Origin: a virus
Taxonomy: Duplodnaviria; Caudoviricetes
Length of the DNA: 64,000 nucleotides
Reading direction: 5' to 3' (one strand)
IMG/VR virus record: IMGVR_UViG_3300049137_000091
Span: 1 to 64,000 of that record
This document shows, piece by piece, positions 26,974 through 38,475 of the stretch (positions are counted from its first letter, which is position 1; every line of letters begins with the position of its first letter). The translations under genes and the position numbers were made by a program. The notes under the pieces were generated by a model. It did not search any database, was not told where the DNA came from, and saw only the letters and a program-made list of their open reading frames with translations.

Positions 26974-28581
26974 ATGCCCGTTCACGCCGGGACCATGGCG
27001 GTCCCCCTGGAAGACCTCACCCCGTTCCCCGGCAACGCACGCCGGGGCAACGTGGACCTGATCCTCGACTCGCTGCGGACCAACGGGCAGTACAAGCCGC
27101 TGGTGGTGCGGCGCCAGGGCGACACCATGACCGTGCTGACCGGCAACCACACGCTTCTCGCGATGCTGCGGCACGAGGAGAACGACCGGGACGGCTGCCC
27201 CGACTGGGAGCTGGCCAACAACCGCCCGTGCCAGCTCTGCGTGGACGTGGAGGCCGACGACCCGGCCGCCCTGTCCCACGTCATCGAGTGCGACGACGCC
27301 ACCGCCGCCAGGATCAACCTGGTGGACAACCGGGCGGCCGACGTCGGCACCTACGACGAGGAGGCCCTGGCCGCCATCGTCGCCTCCCTGGACGGCGATC
27401 TGGTCGGCACCGGGTTCGGCATCAGCGAGGCCGAGATGTTCGAAGCAGGTCTGCTGGACTCGCCGACGGCGGCGGACGACGTCGCCAGCGAGCAGGGAGC
27501 GGAGTCGGCCGGCGATGAGGTCCCGGAGGCCCGCCCGTCCCTGGCCGACCGGTTTCTGATCCCGCCGTTCGACGTCCTCGACGCTCGCTCCGGCTGGTGG
27601 CGCACCCGCAAGCGACAGTGGCTCTCCCTGGGCTTCCGATCTGAGGTCGGCCGGGACACCGGCCTGACCTACAACACCGAGCGGGCCGACCCGAACTTCT
27701 ACGCGAAGAAGAACAAGGTGGAGGCGGAGCTGGGCCGGACGTTGACGGCGGCCGAGTTCAAGCGGGACTACTACGTGCGGCCGACCGAGGGGCCTGCGAC
27801 CGGGACGTCCATATTCGACCCGGTGCTCTGCGAACTGGCCTACCGGTGGTTTTCCGCTCCCGACGCCACGGTGCTGGACCCGTTCGCCGGCGGGTCGGTG
27901 CGCGGCCTGGTCGCAGGCATTCTGGGGCGCCGCTACCTCGGCAACGACCTGTCGATGGACCAGGTGACTTCCAACCGTGAGCAGGGCGAGGCGTTCGTCA
28001 AGCGCGGACTGCTGACCGACGACGGCCGCCCGGCGCCGGTGTGGTCGGTCGGGGACTCGTCGGCGTGGGTTCAGACGCTGGAGCCGGAGAGCGCGGACCT
28101 GGTCTTTACCTGTCCGCCGTACTACGGCCTGGAGGTCTACTCCGACGATCCGTCGGACTTGTCCACGATGGGTTACGACGCCTTCGACAAGGTCTACGCC
28201 GAGATCATCGCCGGGGCGGCCCGTGCCCTGCGTCCGGACCGGTTCGCCGTGTTCGTCGTCGGTGATGCCCGGGACGGCAAGGGCCGGCTGCACGACCTGC
28301 GTGGGTCCACGATCCGGGCTGCTGAGGAAGCTGGCCTCACCTACGCCTCCGGCGCCGTCCTAATCACGTCTGTCGGGTCGGCCTCGATCTCAGCAGGACG
28401 TGCGTTCACGAGGACTCGGGTCCTGACGGCCGTGCACCAGGACGTCCTGGTCTTCGCCAAGGGCAACCGGTCGAAGGCGGCGCAGGCGTGCGGGGACGTC
28501 GAGGTACACCTGCCGGACGACGTCGCGGCGGTGCTGGACGAGCCGGCCGCCGACGGCTTGCAGCTCTCCGACCGGCCCTGA
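26974..28581 (+). CDS. ParB/Srx-like N-terminal domain fused to amino (N6A/N4C) DNA methyltransferase
   Basis: PFPGNARRG and LTGNH; VLDPFAGG motif I and FTCPPYY motif IV. Confidence 0.85.
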   Translation: MPVHAGTMAVPLEDLTPFPGNARRGNVDLILDSLRTNGQYKPLVVRRQGDTMTVLTGNHTLLAMLRHEENDRDGCPDWELANNRPCQLCVDVEADDPAALSHVIECDDATAARINLVDNRAADVGTYDEEALAAIVASLDGDLVGTGFGISEAEMFEAGLLDSPTAADDVASEQGAESAGDEVPEARPSLADRFLIPPFDVLDARSGWWRTRKRQWLSLGFRSEVGRDTGLTYNTERADPNFYAKKNKVEAELGRTLTAAEFKRDYYVRPTEGPATGTSIFDPVLCELAYRWFSAPDATVLDPFAGGSVRGLVAGILGRRYLGNDLSMDQVTSNREQGEAFVKRGLLTDDGRPAPVWSVGDSSAWVQTLEPESADLVFTCPPYYGLEVYSDDPSDLSTMGYDAFDKVYAEIIAGAARALRPDRFAVFVVGDARDGKGRLHDLRGSTIRAAEEAGLTYASGAVLITSVGSASISAGRAFTRTRVLTAVHQDVLVFAKGNRSKAAQACGDVEVHLPDDVAAVLDEPAADGLQLSDRP

Positions 28582-28595
28582 TTTAATCAATTCAT
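28578..28595 (+). promoter_or_regulatory. 18-bp AT-rich operator box
   Basis: CTGATTTAATCAATTCAT overlapping the MTase stop. Confidence 0.75.
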
Positions 28596-28625
28596 CCGGA
28601 CGGACCGGAGGGAACAAGGAAGGCA

Positions 28626-28886
28626 GTGATCATGGGACGTGCACGAGACCTGACGATGGGCACCAAGCGCCGCAGCACCATCGCCACCCATCCCGACTTC
28701 ACCGCGCTGCGCCGCATGACCCGCGCCGCCAGCCCCGACCCGGTCTCGATGCGCGCGATTCTGGACCGCGTCGGCGCCCGTCCCGAGCGGATGCGCTTCA
28801 AGGAGGGCGCCATCTACATCGAGGCGTGCCAGCGCTACCGCGAGATCAGCGGCGAGGACTACGGGCCAAGGCTCGGCGTCCTTTGA
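28626..28886 (+). CDS. Hypothetical protein
   Basis: Box and AAGGAAGG upstream. Confidence 0.55.
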   Translation: MIMGRARDLTMGTKRRSTIATHPDFTALRRMTRAASPDPVSMRAILDRVGARPERMRFKEGAIYIEACQRYREISGEDYGPRLGVL

Positions 28887-28918
28887 CCGGCCGTTAATCG
28901 TTAGGGAGGCTAAGGAGC

Positions 28919-29560
28919 ATGCCGAAGGGTGACCCGCCCAGCCATCAGCCCAGCCACCGCGCGGCCGTCGCCCGGCGCCGGGCCAAGGCGATCGAGCTGA
29001 AGAACCGGGGCCTGTCCTGGCAGCAGGTCGCCGATCAGATGGCGGCCGAAGGGCACTACCTGGACGGCGACGGGAACCCGTCGGCCGCCGCCGCGTGCGT
29101 GGACGTCTCCCGCGCGCTCAAACAGGCCAACCGCGAGCTGTCGATGGGGCTGGAGGAGTACCGCGAGGCGGCCCGCATGCGGCTGGACGGCCTGCGCCGG
29201 CAGGTGCACGCCGTGCTGGCCCGGCCGCACTACGTGCTCTACAAGGGCGAGATCGTCCACGGCCCGGACGGCAACCCGCTGCGCGACGACGGGGTGGTGC
29301 TCGCCTGCATCGACCGCCTTCAGCGCATCGAGGAGCGCCAGGCGAAGATCGACGGTACGGACGCCAGCGAAAAGCTGACGGTCGCGCTGGAACGCCGGGT
29401 GGAGGACGAGACGACCGTGGTCGTGGAAGCCATCCTGGCCGGTTTCAACGCGCTGCCCGAGCTGACACCGGACGTGCGCCAGCGGGCCCTGGAAGCGGCC
29501 GGCGCGCACCTGCGCACCATCGAAGGCGAGGTCGTGTCGGAGACGACGGACGAGGGCTGA
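28919..29560 (+). CDS. HTH protein, probable terminase small subunit
   Basis: RRAKAIELKNRGLSWQQVADQ HTH; RLDGL; IEERQAKIDGTD pattern seen in actinophage TerS-like proteins. Confidence 0.55.
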   Translation: MPKGDPPSHQPSHRAAVARRRAKAIELKNRGLSWQQVADQMAAEGHYLDGDGNPSAAAACVDVSRALKQANRELSMGLEEYREAARMRLDGLRRQVHAVLARPHYVLYKGEIVHGPDGNPLRDDGVVLACIDRLQRIEERQAKIDGTDASEKLTVALERRVEDETTVVVEAILAGFNALPELTPDVRQRALEAAGAHLRTIEGEVVSETTDEG

Positions 29561-29639
29561 CCTGCTCGTTCAGTGATTCCGCGCATCGTCGCTACGCTCC
29601 CGCCACCGATCACAGACCACGGAACGGAAGCGGTTCGTC

Positions 29640-30722
29640 ATGCGCGTTTGCCTCACCGGGGCGTCGGGGTTCGTCGGCTCCCACGTCCTGCGCCACCTGC
29701 TCGCCGTCACCGGCTGGGACATCGTCTGCCCGGTGTCGTTCCGTCACCGGGGCGTCCCGGCCCGGATCACGTCGGCGGCCGACGGGATCCCGGACATGTG
29801 GGCCCGGACCGAGATCGTTTACTGGGACATGCGGGCGCCGGCCGACCCGGTGACGCTGGCCGCCCTGGACGGCTGCGAGGTGTTCCTGAACATCGCCGCC
29901 GAATCCCACGTGGACCGGTCCATCGCCGACCCGACGACGTTCGTGCAGAACAACGTGGCCATCATGCTCAACGCGCTGGACGCGGCCCGCCAGGTCGGCC
30001 CCCGGCTGTTCCTCCAGATGTCCACCGACGAGGTCTACGGCCCGGCCGCGCCCGGCGTCGCCCACCGTGAGTGGGACCCGGTCGTCCCGTCCAATCCGTA
30101 CTCGGCGTCCAAGGCGGCGCAAGAGGCGGTCGCCGTCGCCTACTGGCGGACCTACGCGGTGCCTGTTGTCATCACCAACACCATGAACATCATCGGGGAG
30201 ATGCAACACCCCGAGAAATTCCTGCCCATGGTGATCCGCAACCTGCGTGACGGCCGCCCCGTCCCGGTGCACACCGACACCGACGGCACCCCGGGCAGCC
30301 GGCACTACCTACACGCACGCAACCTGGCCGACGCCTGGCTGCACCTGATCCGCCGCTACACCGGTGGGACGGAGACGGTGCGCACCCTGGGCGGCGCCGC
30401 GTACCGCATCGAGCCCGGCCCGCCCATGTACTCGGGCGGCGCCCCGCGCCCGGCCCGGTTCCACATCGCCGGCGAGGAGGAGACCGACAACCGGTCCCTG
30501 GTGCACATGGTCGGCAAGGTGATGGGGCTGGACGCCGGCGAGGTGGACGCCCTGATCAAGCCGGTCAGCTTCCACGCCACCCGGCCCGGCCACGACCTGC
30601 GCTACGCCCTGAACGCCGACGCGATCGCGCGCACCGGGTGGACGGCGCCGCTGCCGCTGCGTGCCTCGCTGGAATCCACCGTGCGCTGGAGCCTGGACCA
30701 CCCGCAGTGGCTGGACCTGTGA
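29640..30722 (+). CDS. rmlB: dTDP-glucose 4,6-dehydratase (RmlB-like)
   Basis: TGASGFVG, AAESHVDRSI, STDEVYG, PSNPYSASKA, HPEKFLP, RPGHDLRYA. Confidence 0.85.
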   Translation: MRVCLTGASGFVGSHVLRHLLAVTGWDIVCPVSFRHRGVPARITSAADGIPDMWARTEIVYWDMRAPADPVTLAALDGCEVFLNIAAESHVDRSIADPTTFVQNNVAIMLNALDAARQVGPRLFLQMSTDEVYGPAAPGVAHREWDPVVPSNPYSASKAAQEAVAVAYWRTYAVPVVITNTMNIIGEMQHPEKFLPMVIRNLRDGRPVPVHTDTDGTPGSRHYLHARNLADAWLHLIRRYTGGTETVRTLGGAAYRIEPGPPMYSGGAPRPARFHIAGEEETDNRSLVHMVGKVMGLDAGEVDALIKPVSFHATRPGHDLRYALNADAIARTGWTAPLPLRASLESTVRWSLDHPQWLDL

Positions 30723-31006
30723 TGCGCGACCACGAGACCGAGCGCCTGTTGTGGGAGGTCCGCCGGGCCGTCGTCGCCGCCCGGCTCAACGGGGTGAGCG
30801 CCAAGGCGTGCATCTTCGACGCGACCGTGGCGGCCGTGGATTCGAGCGTCAGAGTCTTCCCCAGCGAGGAGGCCCGCAGGGCCGCCGTCAGAGCCTGCCG
30901 GGCCGTGGATGCCCCGGAGCCGGTGCCTGACCCGGCGCCCCGGCCGCAGCCGGTTCGGGGCCTGCGCCGATGGTTTAGCAAAACCAGCCTTCGGGGATTT
31001 AACTAA
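30722..31006 (+). CDS. Hypothetical protein
   Basis: Start overlaps the rmlB stop. Confidence 0.45.
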   Translation: MRDHETERLLWEVRRAVVAARLNGVSAKACIFDATVAAVDSSVRVFPSEEARRAAVRACRAVDAPEPVPDPAPRPQPVRGLRRWFSKTSLRGFN

Positions 31007-31011
31007 ATGAG
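30970..31011 (+). promoter_or_regulatory. Tandem pair of degenerate AT-rich operator boxes
   Basis: ATGGTTTAGCAAAACCAG (30970-30987) and GGGATTTAACTAAATGAG (30994-31011), about 100 nt upstream of the triple-LuxR gene. Confidence 0.55.
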
Positions 31012-31110
31012 AGTGTCCCGGCTCCCGGCGGCTGAACCCCGGGGACCCGGAGACCGAGGCCCGGGGCGGGGACGACGCCCCGGGCCTCACCCAATCATGG
31101 AGGTGATCTC

Positions 31111-33165
<2,055 letters not shown>

Positions 33166-33308
33166 CCCCACAGACAGCCGCGCGAGCCGGCGTCACGGAC
33201 CGGAGCGGGGACCGCCTTGCCCCGCAGCTCGCCGCACGACGGCCTGCCCCTCCTCGCTCGGGGGCGGGCCGTCGGCGTGTCGAAAATTTTCCACGCGTTC
33301 GGGTTGCT

Positions 33309-33334
33309 AACTATGCATCGCGTGATGCATAGTT
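33309..33334. promoter_or_regulatory. Perfect 11-bp inverted repeat, operator-like
   Basis: AACTATGCATC-GCGT-GATGCATAGTT, 49 nt upstream of the 33383 start. Confidence 0.6.
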
Positions 33335-33382
33335 GTTCTGACACAGGGTCAACTCGACCCGACAGACACCGTGGGGGACCGC

Positions 33383-33814
33383 ATGGCCATCAGCAGCAGG
33401 GAAGCGAAGAAGATCCACGACGCGGCCGTGGCGGCCGGGATCGATGACCGGACCTTGCAGAACTGGACGGAGGAGGCGGGCGGCTACCGATTCGCCATCT
33501 CCGACCACACCGGGGCCATCAAGGCGGCGGCGGCCGACGCGGTGCGCGCCCGTATCCGGCGCCACGTCGAGGAGCGGGAGCGGGCGGTGCTCACCGAGGC
33601 CGCACAGGCCGCCGGAATCGCCCCGCCGCCCGCGCCGGGCACGCCCATGGCCACGCCGCGACAGGTCGACTACATCATGTCCCTGCTGGACCGGCGCGAG
33701 CGCAACGGCGACGGCGGTGGATTCATGTACGGCCCGACCGACCGCGCGGGTGTCGAGCGGATGACCCGGGCCGAGGCGTCGCTCTACATCACGTCGTTGA
33801 AGGAGGAGTACTGA
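33383..33814 (+). CDS. Hypothetical protein
   Basis: ATPRQVDYI...MTRAEASLYI motif common in phage proteins. Confidence 0.65.
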   Translation: MAISSREAKKIHDAAVAAGIDDRTLQNWTEEAGGYRFAISDHTGAIKAAAADAVRARIRRHVEERERAVLTEAAQAAGIAPPPAPGTPMATPRQVDYIMSLLDRRERNGDGGGFMYGPTDRAGVERMTRAEASLYITSLKEEY

Positions 33815-34317
33815 TGAGCTGGGTGTACGGAAACCAGGTGTTCGGGGTGCTCACCCCGGACGACCGGCCGGCGGTCAAGGCCGTCCTCGACCACGCCGGG
33901 ATCACCGGCGTGGACGTCTCGTTCTCCCGGTCCGGCAACGCGTTCTTCCTCCTGGACCCGCCGGCCCCGCAGGGCAACGGCACGGTTGAACGGCCCGAGG
34001 TGCACCAGCGCGTCGTGGACGCGTTCACGGCCGCCGGGTGGACGGTCCATGGTGGACTGGACCTGGTGGCTCCGCCCGCCCCGGCCGACGGCACCCCGCC
34101 GCGCGAACTGTGGACGGTGCAGGACGTCGCCGACTTCCTCGGGGTGACCCGGGACAGCGCACGCGGTCAGCTCTCCAGGTGGGGCGTGAAGGCCGCTTAC
34201 CACTACCGGGAAGGCAACCTGCTCGCCTCCCTGTTCCGCTCCGACGAGGTACGCGCCGCCCACGCCGCGCGGCCCGGCCGGGGCAAGGGCGGCGGTCGGC
34301 CGCGCAAGGCAGCGTGA
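33814..34317 (+). CDS. Protein with C-terminal AlpA/MerR-like HTH
   Basis: LWTVQDVADFLGVTRDSARGQLSRWGV; RPGRG tail. Confidence 0.65.
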   Translation: MSWVYGNQVFGVLTPDDRPAVKAVLDHAGITGVDVSFSRSGNAFFLLDPPAPQGNGTVERPEVHQRVVDAFTAAGWTVHGGLDLVAPPAPADGTPPRELWTVQDVADFLGVTRDSARGQLSRWGVKAAYHYREGNLLASLFRSDEVRAAHAARPGRGKGGGRPRKAA

Positions 34318-34322
34318 ACGGG

Positions 34323-34559
34323 ATGAGCAAACGCACCGGGCCCAGCCTGTGGGAGCAGGTCGCCCGCGAGGCGGCTGGGCCAGACAACCAGCCGTGCTCC
34401 GACTGGCAGCCCAACCCCAAGCTGCCCCGACACTGCGCCGGGTGCGGGTGGGGCCACGACGTCCACCACCGGGACCACGCCGCCAGGGAGATCGAAGACG
34501 CCCTGTCCGGACTCGCGGACGAGACCGTTGCACGTCTCCTGTACGGAGACGACCGGTGA
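34323..34559 (+). CDS. Small Cys/His-rich protein
   Basis: C...HCAGCGWGH. Confidence 0.5.
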   Translation: MSKRTGPSLWEQVAREAAGPDNQPCSDWQPNPKLPRHCAGCGWGHDVHHRDHAAREIEDALSGLADETVARLLYGDDR

Positions 34560-34642
34560 GCGAGGAAAAGGCCGGCAAGCCGCTCCTCGCCTGACCTGCT
34601 CCGGAAAGCGATCCGCCGTTCGGCCCGCACAATAGGTCCATC

Positions 34643-36016
34643 ATGAGGGTGGACCCGAGGTTGCGAAGCCGGGCGGCGGACGCGCTGCTCATGCACGCAC
34701 GCACGCTGACGGAGCCGCGCTGGACCCCGCTGCCCCACCAGGTCCCGCCGGAAGGCAACTGGTACGGGTGGCTGCTGATGGCCGGCCGTGGCGCCGGCAA
34801 GACGGACGCTTGCGCCCGCTACATCCACGAGCACGTGATGGGCCCGCCGTGCATCCCCGGGCCCGTGCCCCACTGGATCGGCATTGTCGCCCCCACCCTC
34901 GGCGACGCGGCGACGTCCTGCTACGCCGGCCCGTCCGGGCTCCGGGTGCACAGCCCGGAGGCGAAGATGACGACCGCGCAGGGCGGCACGGTCATCCGCT
35001 GGCCCAACGGGTCCGAAGCCAAGATATTTGGGGCACATTCACCCGAAGATGTTGAAAGGCTCCGATCTGGGGGCAATCGTTGCGCCGTATGGATGGAGGA
35101 ATTGGCCGCCTGGCGGCACCTGGACGACACCTGGGACCAGATCCGTTTCGGCCTGCGCGCCGGGCCCCGCCCGCACTGGGTCGCCTCCACCACGCCCAAG
35201 CCCCGCGCGCTGATCAAGAAACTCATGTCGGGCGGCGTGGCCAACGTCGCCGTCACCCGGGCCACCACCTACGACAACCCGCACCTGCCCGCCGACATCC
35301 GCGAGGCGCTGGAAGACGCCTACGGCGGGACGCAGATCGGCCGCCAGGAGCTGTACGCCGAGGTCATCGACCAGGACGAGAACGCGCTGTGGACGCGGTC
35401 CATGCTGGACGCCGGCCGCATCCGCCCGGTGGACCTGCCGTCCCTGGCGAAGAAGACCGTGGGCGTGGACCCGTCCGGCGGCCGGGGCGAACAGGGGATC
35501 GTCGTCGTCGGCAAGGCGCTTCAGGAGCACATCCGCAACGTCAACGGCCGGGACGTCGCCCGCAACCTCGCGCACGGCTACGTTCTCGCCGACCGGACCT
35601 GCCACCTTTCCCCGGACGGCTGGGGGCGCCGCGCGGTGCAGGCGGCCGTGGACCACGAGGCGGACGACATCTGCGTGGAGGTCAACTTCGGCGGGGAAAT
35701 GGCCGTCAACACGATCCGCGCGGCGGCCGACGCGATGGGCGTCAGCATCCCCATCAAGATCGTGCGGGCCACGCGCGGGAAGAAGGTGCGCGCCGAGCCC
35801 GTATCGGCGCTGACCGAGCAGGGCCGGTGGCACATGGCCGGCGCCTTCGAGGAGCTGGAAGATCAGCTTTGCACCTGGTACGAGGATCTGGACTGGTCGC
35901 CGGACCGACTGGACGCGATGGTCTGGCCGGCGTGGCACCAGCGCATCGTGAAGGCGACGATGACCGGCACGACCACGTCCGGCGGCATGTCCACGGTGAG
36001 CCGGTCCATCGGTTGA
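34643..36016 (+). CDS. terL: Terminase large subunit
   Basis: MAGRGAGKT, WMEELA, STTPK, GRQELYAE, GVDPS, SPDRLDA. Confidence 0.9.
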   Translation: MRVDPRLRSRAADALLMHARTLTEPRWTPLPHQVPPEGNWYGWLLMAGRGAGKTDACARYIHEHVMGPPCIPGPVPHWIGIVAPTLGDAATSCYAGPSGLRVHSPEAKMTTAQGGTVIRWPNGSEAKIFGAHSPEDVERLRSGGNRCAVWMEELAAWRHLDDTWDQIRFGLRAGPRPHWVASTTPKPRALIKKLMSGGVANVAVTRATTYDNPHLPADIREALEDAYGGTQIGRQELYAEVIDQDENALWTRSMLDAGRIRPVDLPSLAKKTVGVDPSGGRGEQGIVVVGKALQEHIRNVNGRDVARNLAHGYVLADRTCHLSPDGWGRRAVQAAVDHEADDICVEVNFGGEMAVNTIRAAADAMGVSIPIKIVRATRGKKVRAEPVSALTEQGRWHMAGAFEELEDQLCTWYEDLDWSPDRLDAMVWPAWHQRIVKATMTGTTTSGGMSTVSRSIG

Positions 36017-36047
36017 CGCAGCCCGGGTTGCGCGGTCACCCTGGCCT

Positions 36048-36065
36048 ATGATTTAATAAATTCAT
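36048..36065 (+). promoter_or_regulatory. 18-bp AT-rich operator/-10 box
   Basis: ATGATTTAATAAATTCAT; TTGCGC 18 nt upstream of TTTAAT. Confidence 0.8.
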
Positions 36066-36091
36066 CAGCAGGACGACCGAGGAGAATCCCC

Positions 36092-36277
36092 ATGGCTGGC
36101 GCCTACTGCAAGTTCTGTGGCCACCGCTGCTTCGTCTACCGCGTGATCCCCGACGGCCCGCAGGAGGGCTGGGCCGGACATCTCGCCACGTGTGCGCAGG
36201 GCATGGCCCACGACCGAGCCCAGACCGGCCACGACCACACGACGGCCGCCAACCCGGCCGAGCACGCCACCCGCTGA
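36092..36277 (+). CDS. Small Cys/His-rich protein
   Basis: CKFCGHRC...HLATC; GAGGAG SD. Confidence 0.6.
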   Translation: MAGAYCKFCGHRCFVYRVIPDGPQEGWAGHLATCAQGMAHDRAQTGHDHTTAANPAEHATR

Positions 36278-36309
36278 CCGCACCACCGACCACGGAAGAA
36301 GGAACCCAC

Positions 36310-36492
36310 ATGCCGATGATCAGGGTCCGGGACATCAAGCCCGGCGACGTGGCCGTGTTCTGCGGGCACTACCACGAGACGGTGCTGCGGACGGAGCCGG
36401 GCGACGACGGCTACACGCACCTCTGGACGGAGGAGTCCGGCGACGACTACTACCTGCTGCGTCCTCACGACTCCCTGCCCGTCGTCCTCTGA
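36310..36492 (+). CDS. Small hypothetical protein
   Basis: ACCACGGAAGAAGGAA upstream. Confidence 0.55.
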   Translation: MPMIRVRDIKPGDVAVFCGHYHETVLRTEPGDDGYTHLWTEESGDDYYLLRPHDSLPVVL

Positions 36493-36538
36493 CCCCGATA
36501 GCCTGACTCGCACCACCGACCAAGGAAGGCAGACCCGA

Positions 36539-36838
36539 ATGAACGACGAACGCAAGGCACTGGAGAACGCGCTCCACCAGGCCATGCCGGGGTACCTCGC
36601 CCGCACGATGGACCCGCTGATCGACGAGTTGGTGGACGCAGTCCGCCGGGACCAGGCGGCGCGGGACGCCGACGTGCTGCGGCGGATGTCCCTCCGCAGC
36701 CCGGACGTCGCCCCGCCCCGGGGCGGGACCACCAGCCGCATCGTCTACGCGGGCGCGGCCGACCTGATCGACCCGGCCGGCGAGGGCTGGGGCCTCAACC
36801 TGCCGGACCACCTGAAGGACGACCAGCCCGCCGGCTGA
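36539..36838 (+). CDS. Hypothetical protein
   Basis: ACCAAGGAAGG upstream. Confidence 0.55.
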   Translation: MNDERKALENALHQAMPGYLARTMDPLIDELVDAVRRDQAARDADVLRRMSLRSPDVAPPRGGTTSRIVYAGAADLIDPAGEGWGLNLPDHLKDDQPAG

Positions 36839-36850
36839 CCCCGCACACGA

Positions 36851-36887
36851 CCGAAGCCCCGGAGACGGCTACGTCCCGGGGCTTCGG
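36851..36887. terminator. GAAGCCCCG-family hairpin
   Basis: CCGAAGCCCCGG...CCGGGGCTTCGG. Confidence 0.6.
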
Positions 36888-36933
36888 CGCGTTACGGTAC
36901 GCCCGAACGACCACGGAACAGAAGGAGACGACC

Positions 36934-37878
36934 ATGGAAGCCACGCTCGCAATCGCGGACATCGCCGCAGGCATCGAGGACGAATGGTGCTGGACCCCCG
37001 GCCTGGGCTGGCTGCGCTGGGACGGCGCGGTCTGGTGCCCGACCCGGGACCGCGACGCGCTGCGCGACCGCATCAACCGGGACCTGGCCGCGCAGGGACA
37101 CCGCCCGCTGACCATCGCACAACTCCGCGCGGAGACGGCCGCACTCCAGGAACACCTGCGCGTGGACGCGGACACGCTGGGCGCGTTCCCCGGACTGCTC
37201 AACGCGCGCAACGGAATTGTGGACCTGCGCACCGGCGAACTCCGGCCGCACGACCCGAACCGACGGATGACCCGGATCACCGGTGTGGACTACGACCCCG
37301 ACGCGACCTCCCCCGCGTGGGACCGGGTGCTCGCCGCCATCCCGGAGGCCGAGAGGGACAGGCTCCGAGTCCGTCTCGCCTGGGCGGTCGCCTGTGAACC
37401 CCTGGACTCAGTCGCCCTCGTCCACGGGCGCGGGCCGTGCGGGAAGACCACGTTCATGCGTGCCGTGTGCGACACACTCGGCAGCTACGCCTTCACAACC
37501 GGGGGCGGGCTGGACAACCTGCGGACTCCGGCCGAGCGCGTCGCCCTGATGGGCGCCCGCGTGCTCGTGATGGAGGACGTCGCTCCGAAGGACATGGCCA
37601 ACGTGAAGCTGATGGCCGTCCAGGACCGACTCACCGTGCGCCAGCCGCAGGAAGACACGGCGCAGGCCCCGCGCACGCACAGCGTGTTCGCCGTGACCGC
37701 ACACCGCCCGGCCGACCTGGCCGTGGACGAGGGGACCGAGCGTCACCTCCACCCCGTGGAGTTCCCGGCCCTTCCCAGTCCGGACCCGGCCGTCGGACGC
37801 GGCATGCGGGACGAGGGGGCGCTGCGGGCCGTGCTGCGCTGGATCGTGGACGGCGCCGTGCGCTACGCGGCGGCCTGA
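36934..37878 (+). CDS. Stand-alone D5_N plus SF3 helicase paralog without primase
   Basis: GWLRWDG, LLNARNGIVDLRTGELRPHDP, GRGPCGKTT; collinear with the replicase helicase part. Confidence 0.75.
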   Translation: MEATLAIADIAAGIEDEWCWTPGLGWLRWDGAVWCPTRDRDALRDRINRDLAAQGHRPLTIAQLRAETAALQEHLRVDADTLGAFPGLLNARNGIVDLRTGELRPHDPNRRMTRITGVDYDPDATSPAWDRVLAAIPEAERDRLRVRLAWAVACEPLDSVALVHGRGPCGKTTFMRAVCDTLGSYAFTTGGGLDNLRTPAERVALMGARVLVMEDVAPKDMANVKLMAVQDRLTVRQPQEDTAQAPRTHSVFAVTAHRPADLAVDEGTERHLHPVEFPALPSPDPAVGRGMRDEGALRAVLRWIVDGAVRYAAA

Positions 37879-37992
37879 CCCGCGCACGACCCCGAAGCCT
37901 CGTCGGCCTGGAGCCGGCGGGGCTTCGTGCTGCCCGTTCGGCGATTCGCCGCATCCGCCCTACCCTGCCCGGGTCGATCCGGGAGGTTCCCC

Positions 37993-38355
37993 ATGGGCAA
38001 GGTCTTCGGCCGCGAACCGGCCGTCATCATGGGCGCGTTCAGTGCCCTCATCCAGTGCGTGGCCGCGTTCGGCTTCCAGGTGTCGCCGGAGGTGCAGGCG
38101 ATCGTCACCGCCGTGGTGGCCGCCGCGCTCGGCCTGGTCGTCGCCGTGCGGGTGCACGACGGCCTGTTCCCCGCCGTGCTCGGTCTCGTGCAGGCGGGCA
38201 CCGCGCTGGTCGCCTACTTCTGGCTGCACTGGGACGCCGAGACGCAGGCGCAGTGGCTCGCGGCCGTCGCCGTGATCCTCGGACTGTGGACGCGGGAGAA
38301 GGTCACCGCGCCGGTCCCGGCCACCGTCTCGCCGGCGGGCAAGCTGCTCGCCTGA
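37993..38355 (+). CDS. Holin-like membrane protein
   Basis: FGREPA start, four hydrophobic segments, REKVTAPV end. Confidence 0.7.
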   Translation: MGKVFGREPAVIMGAFSALIQCVAAFGFQVSPEVQAIVTAVVAAALGLVVAVRVHDGLFPAVLGLVQAGTALVAYFWLHWDAETQAQWLAAVAVILGLWTREKVTAPVPATVSPAGKLLA

Positions 38356-38475
38356 GCCCGGAACGTCCCGGCCCGGCCGCGCGTCCCACCCGGTGACGGG
38401 GCGCCCGGCCGCGTGGCCACCTCCACCCCGCCCGCGCAACACGGGCGCCCCGCCGTCTCACCCGGAGCTGCTGCC

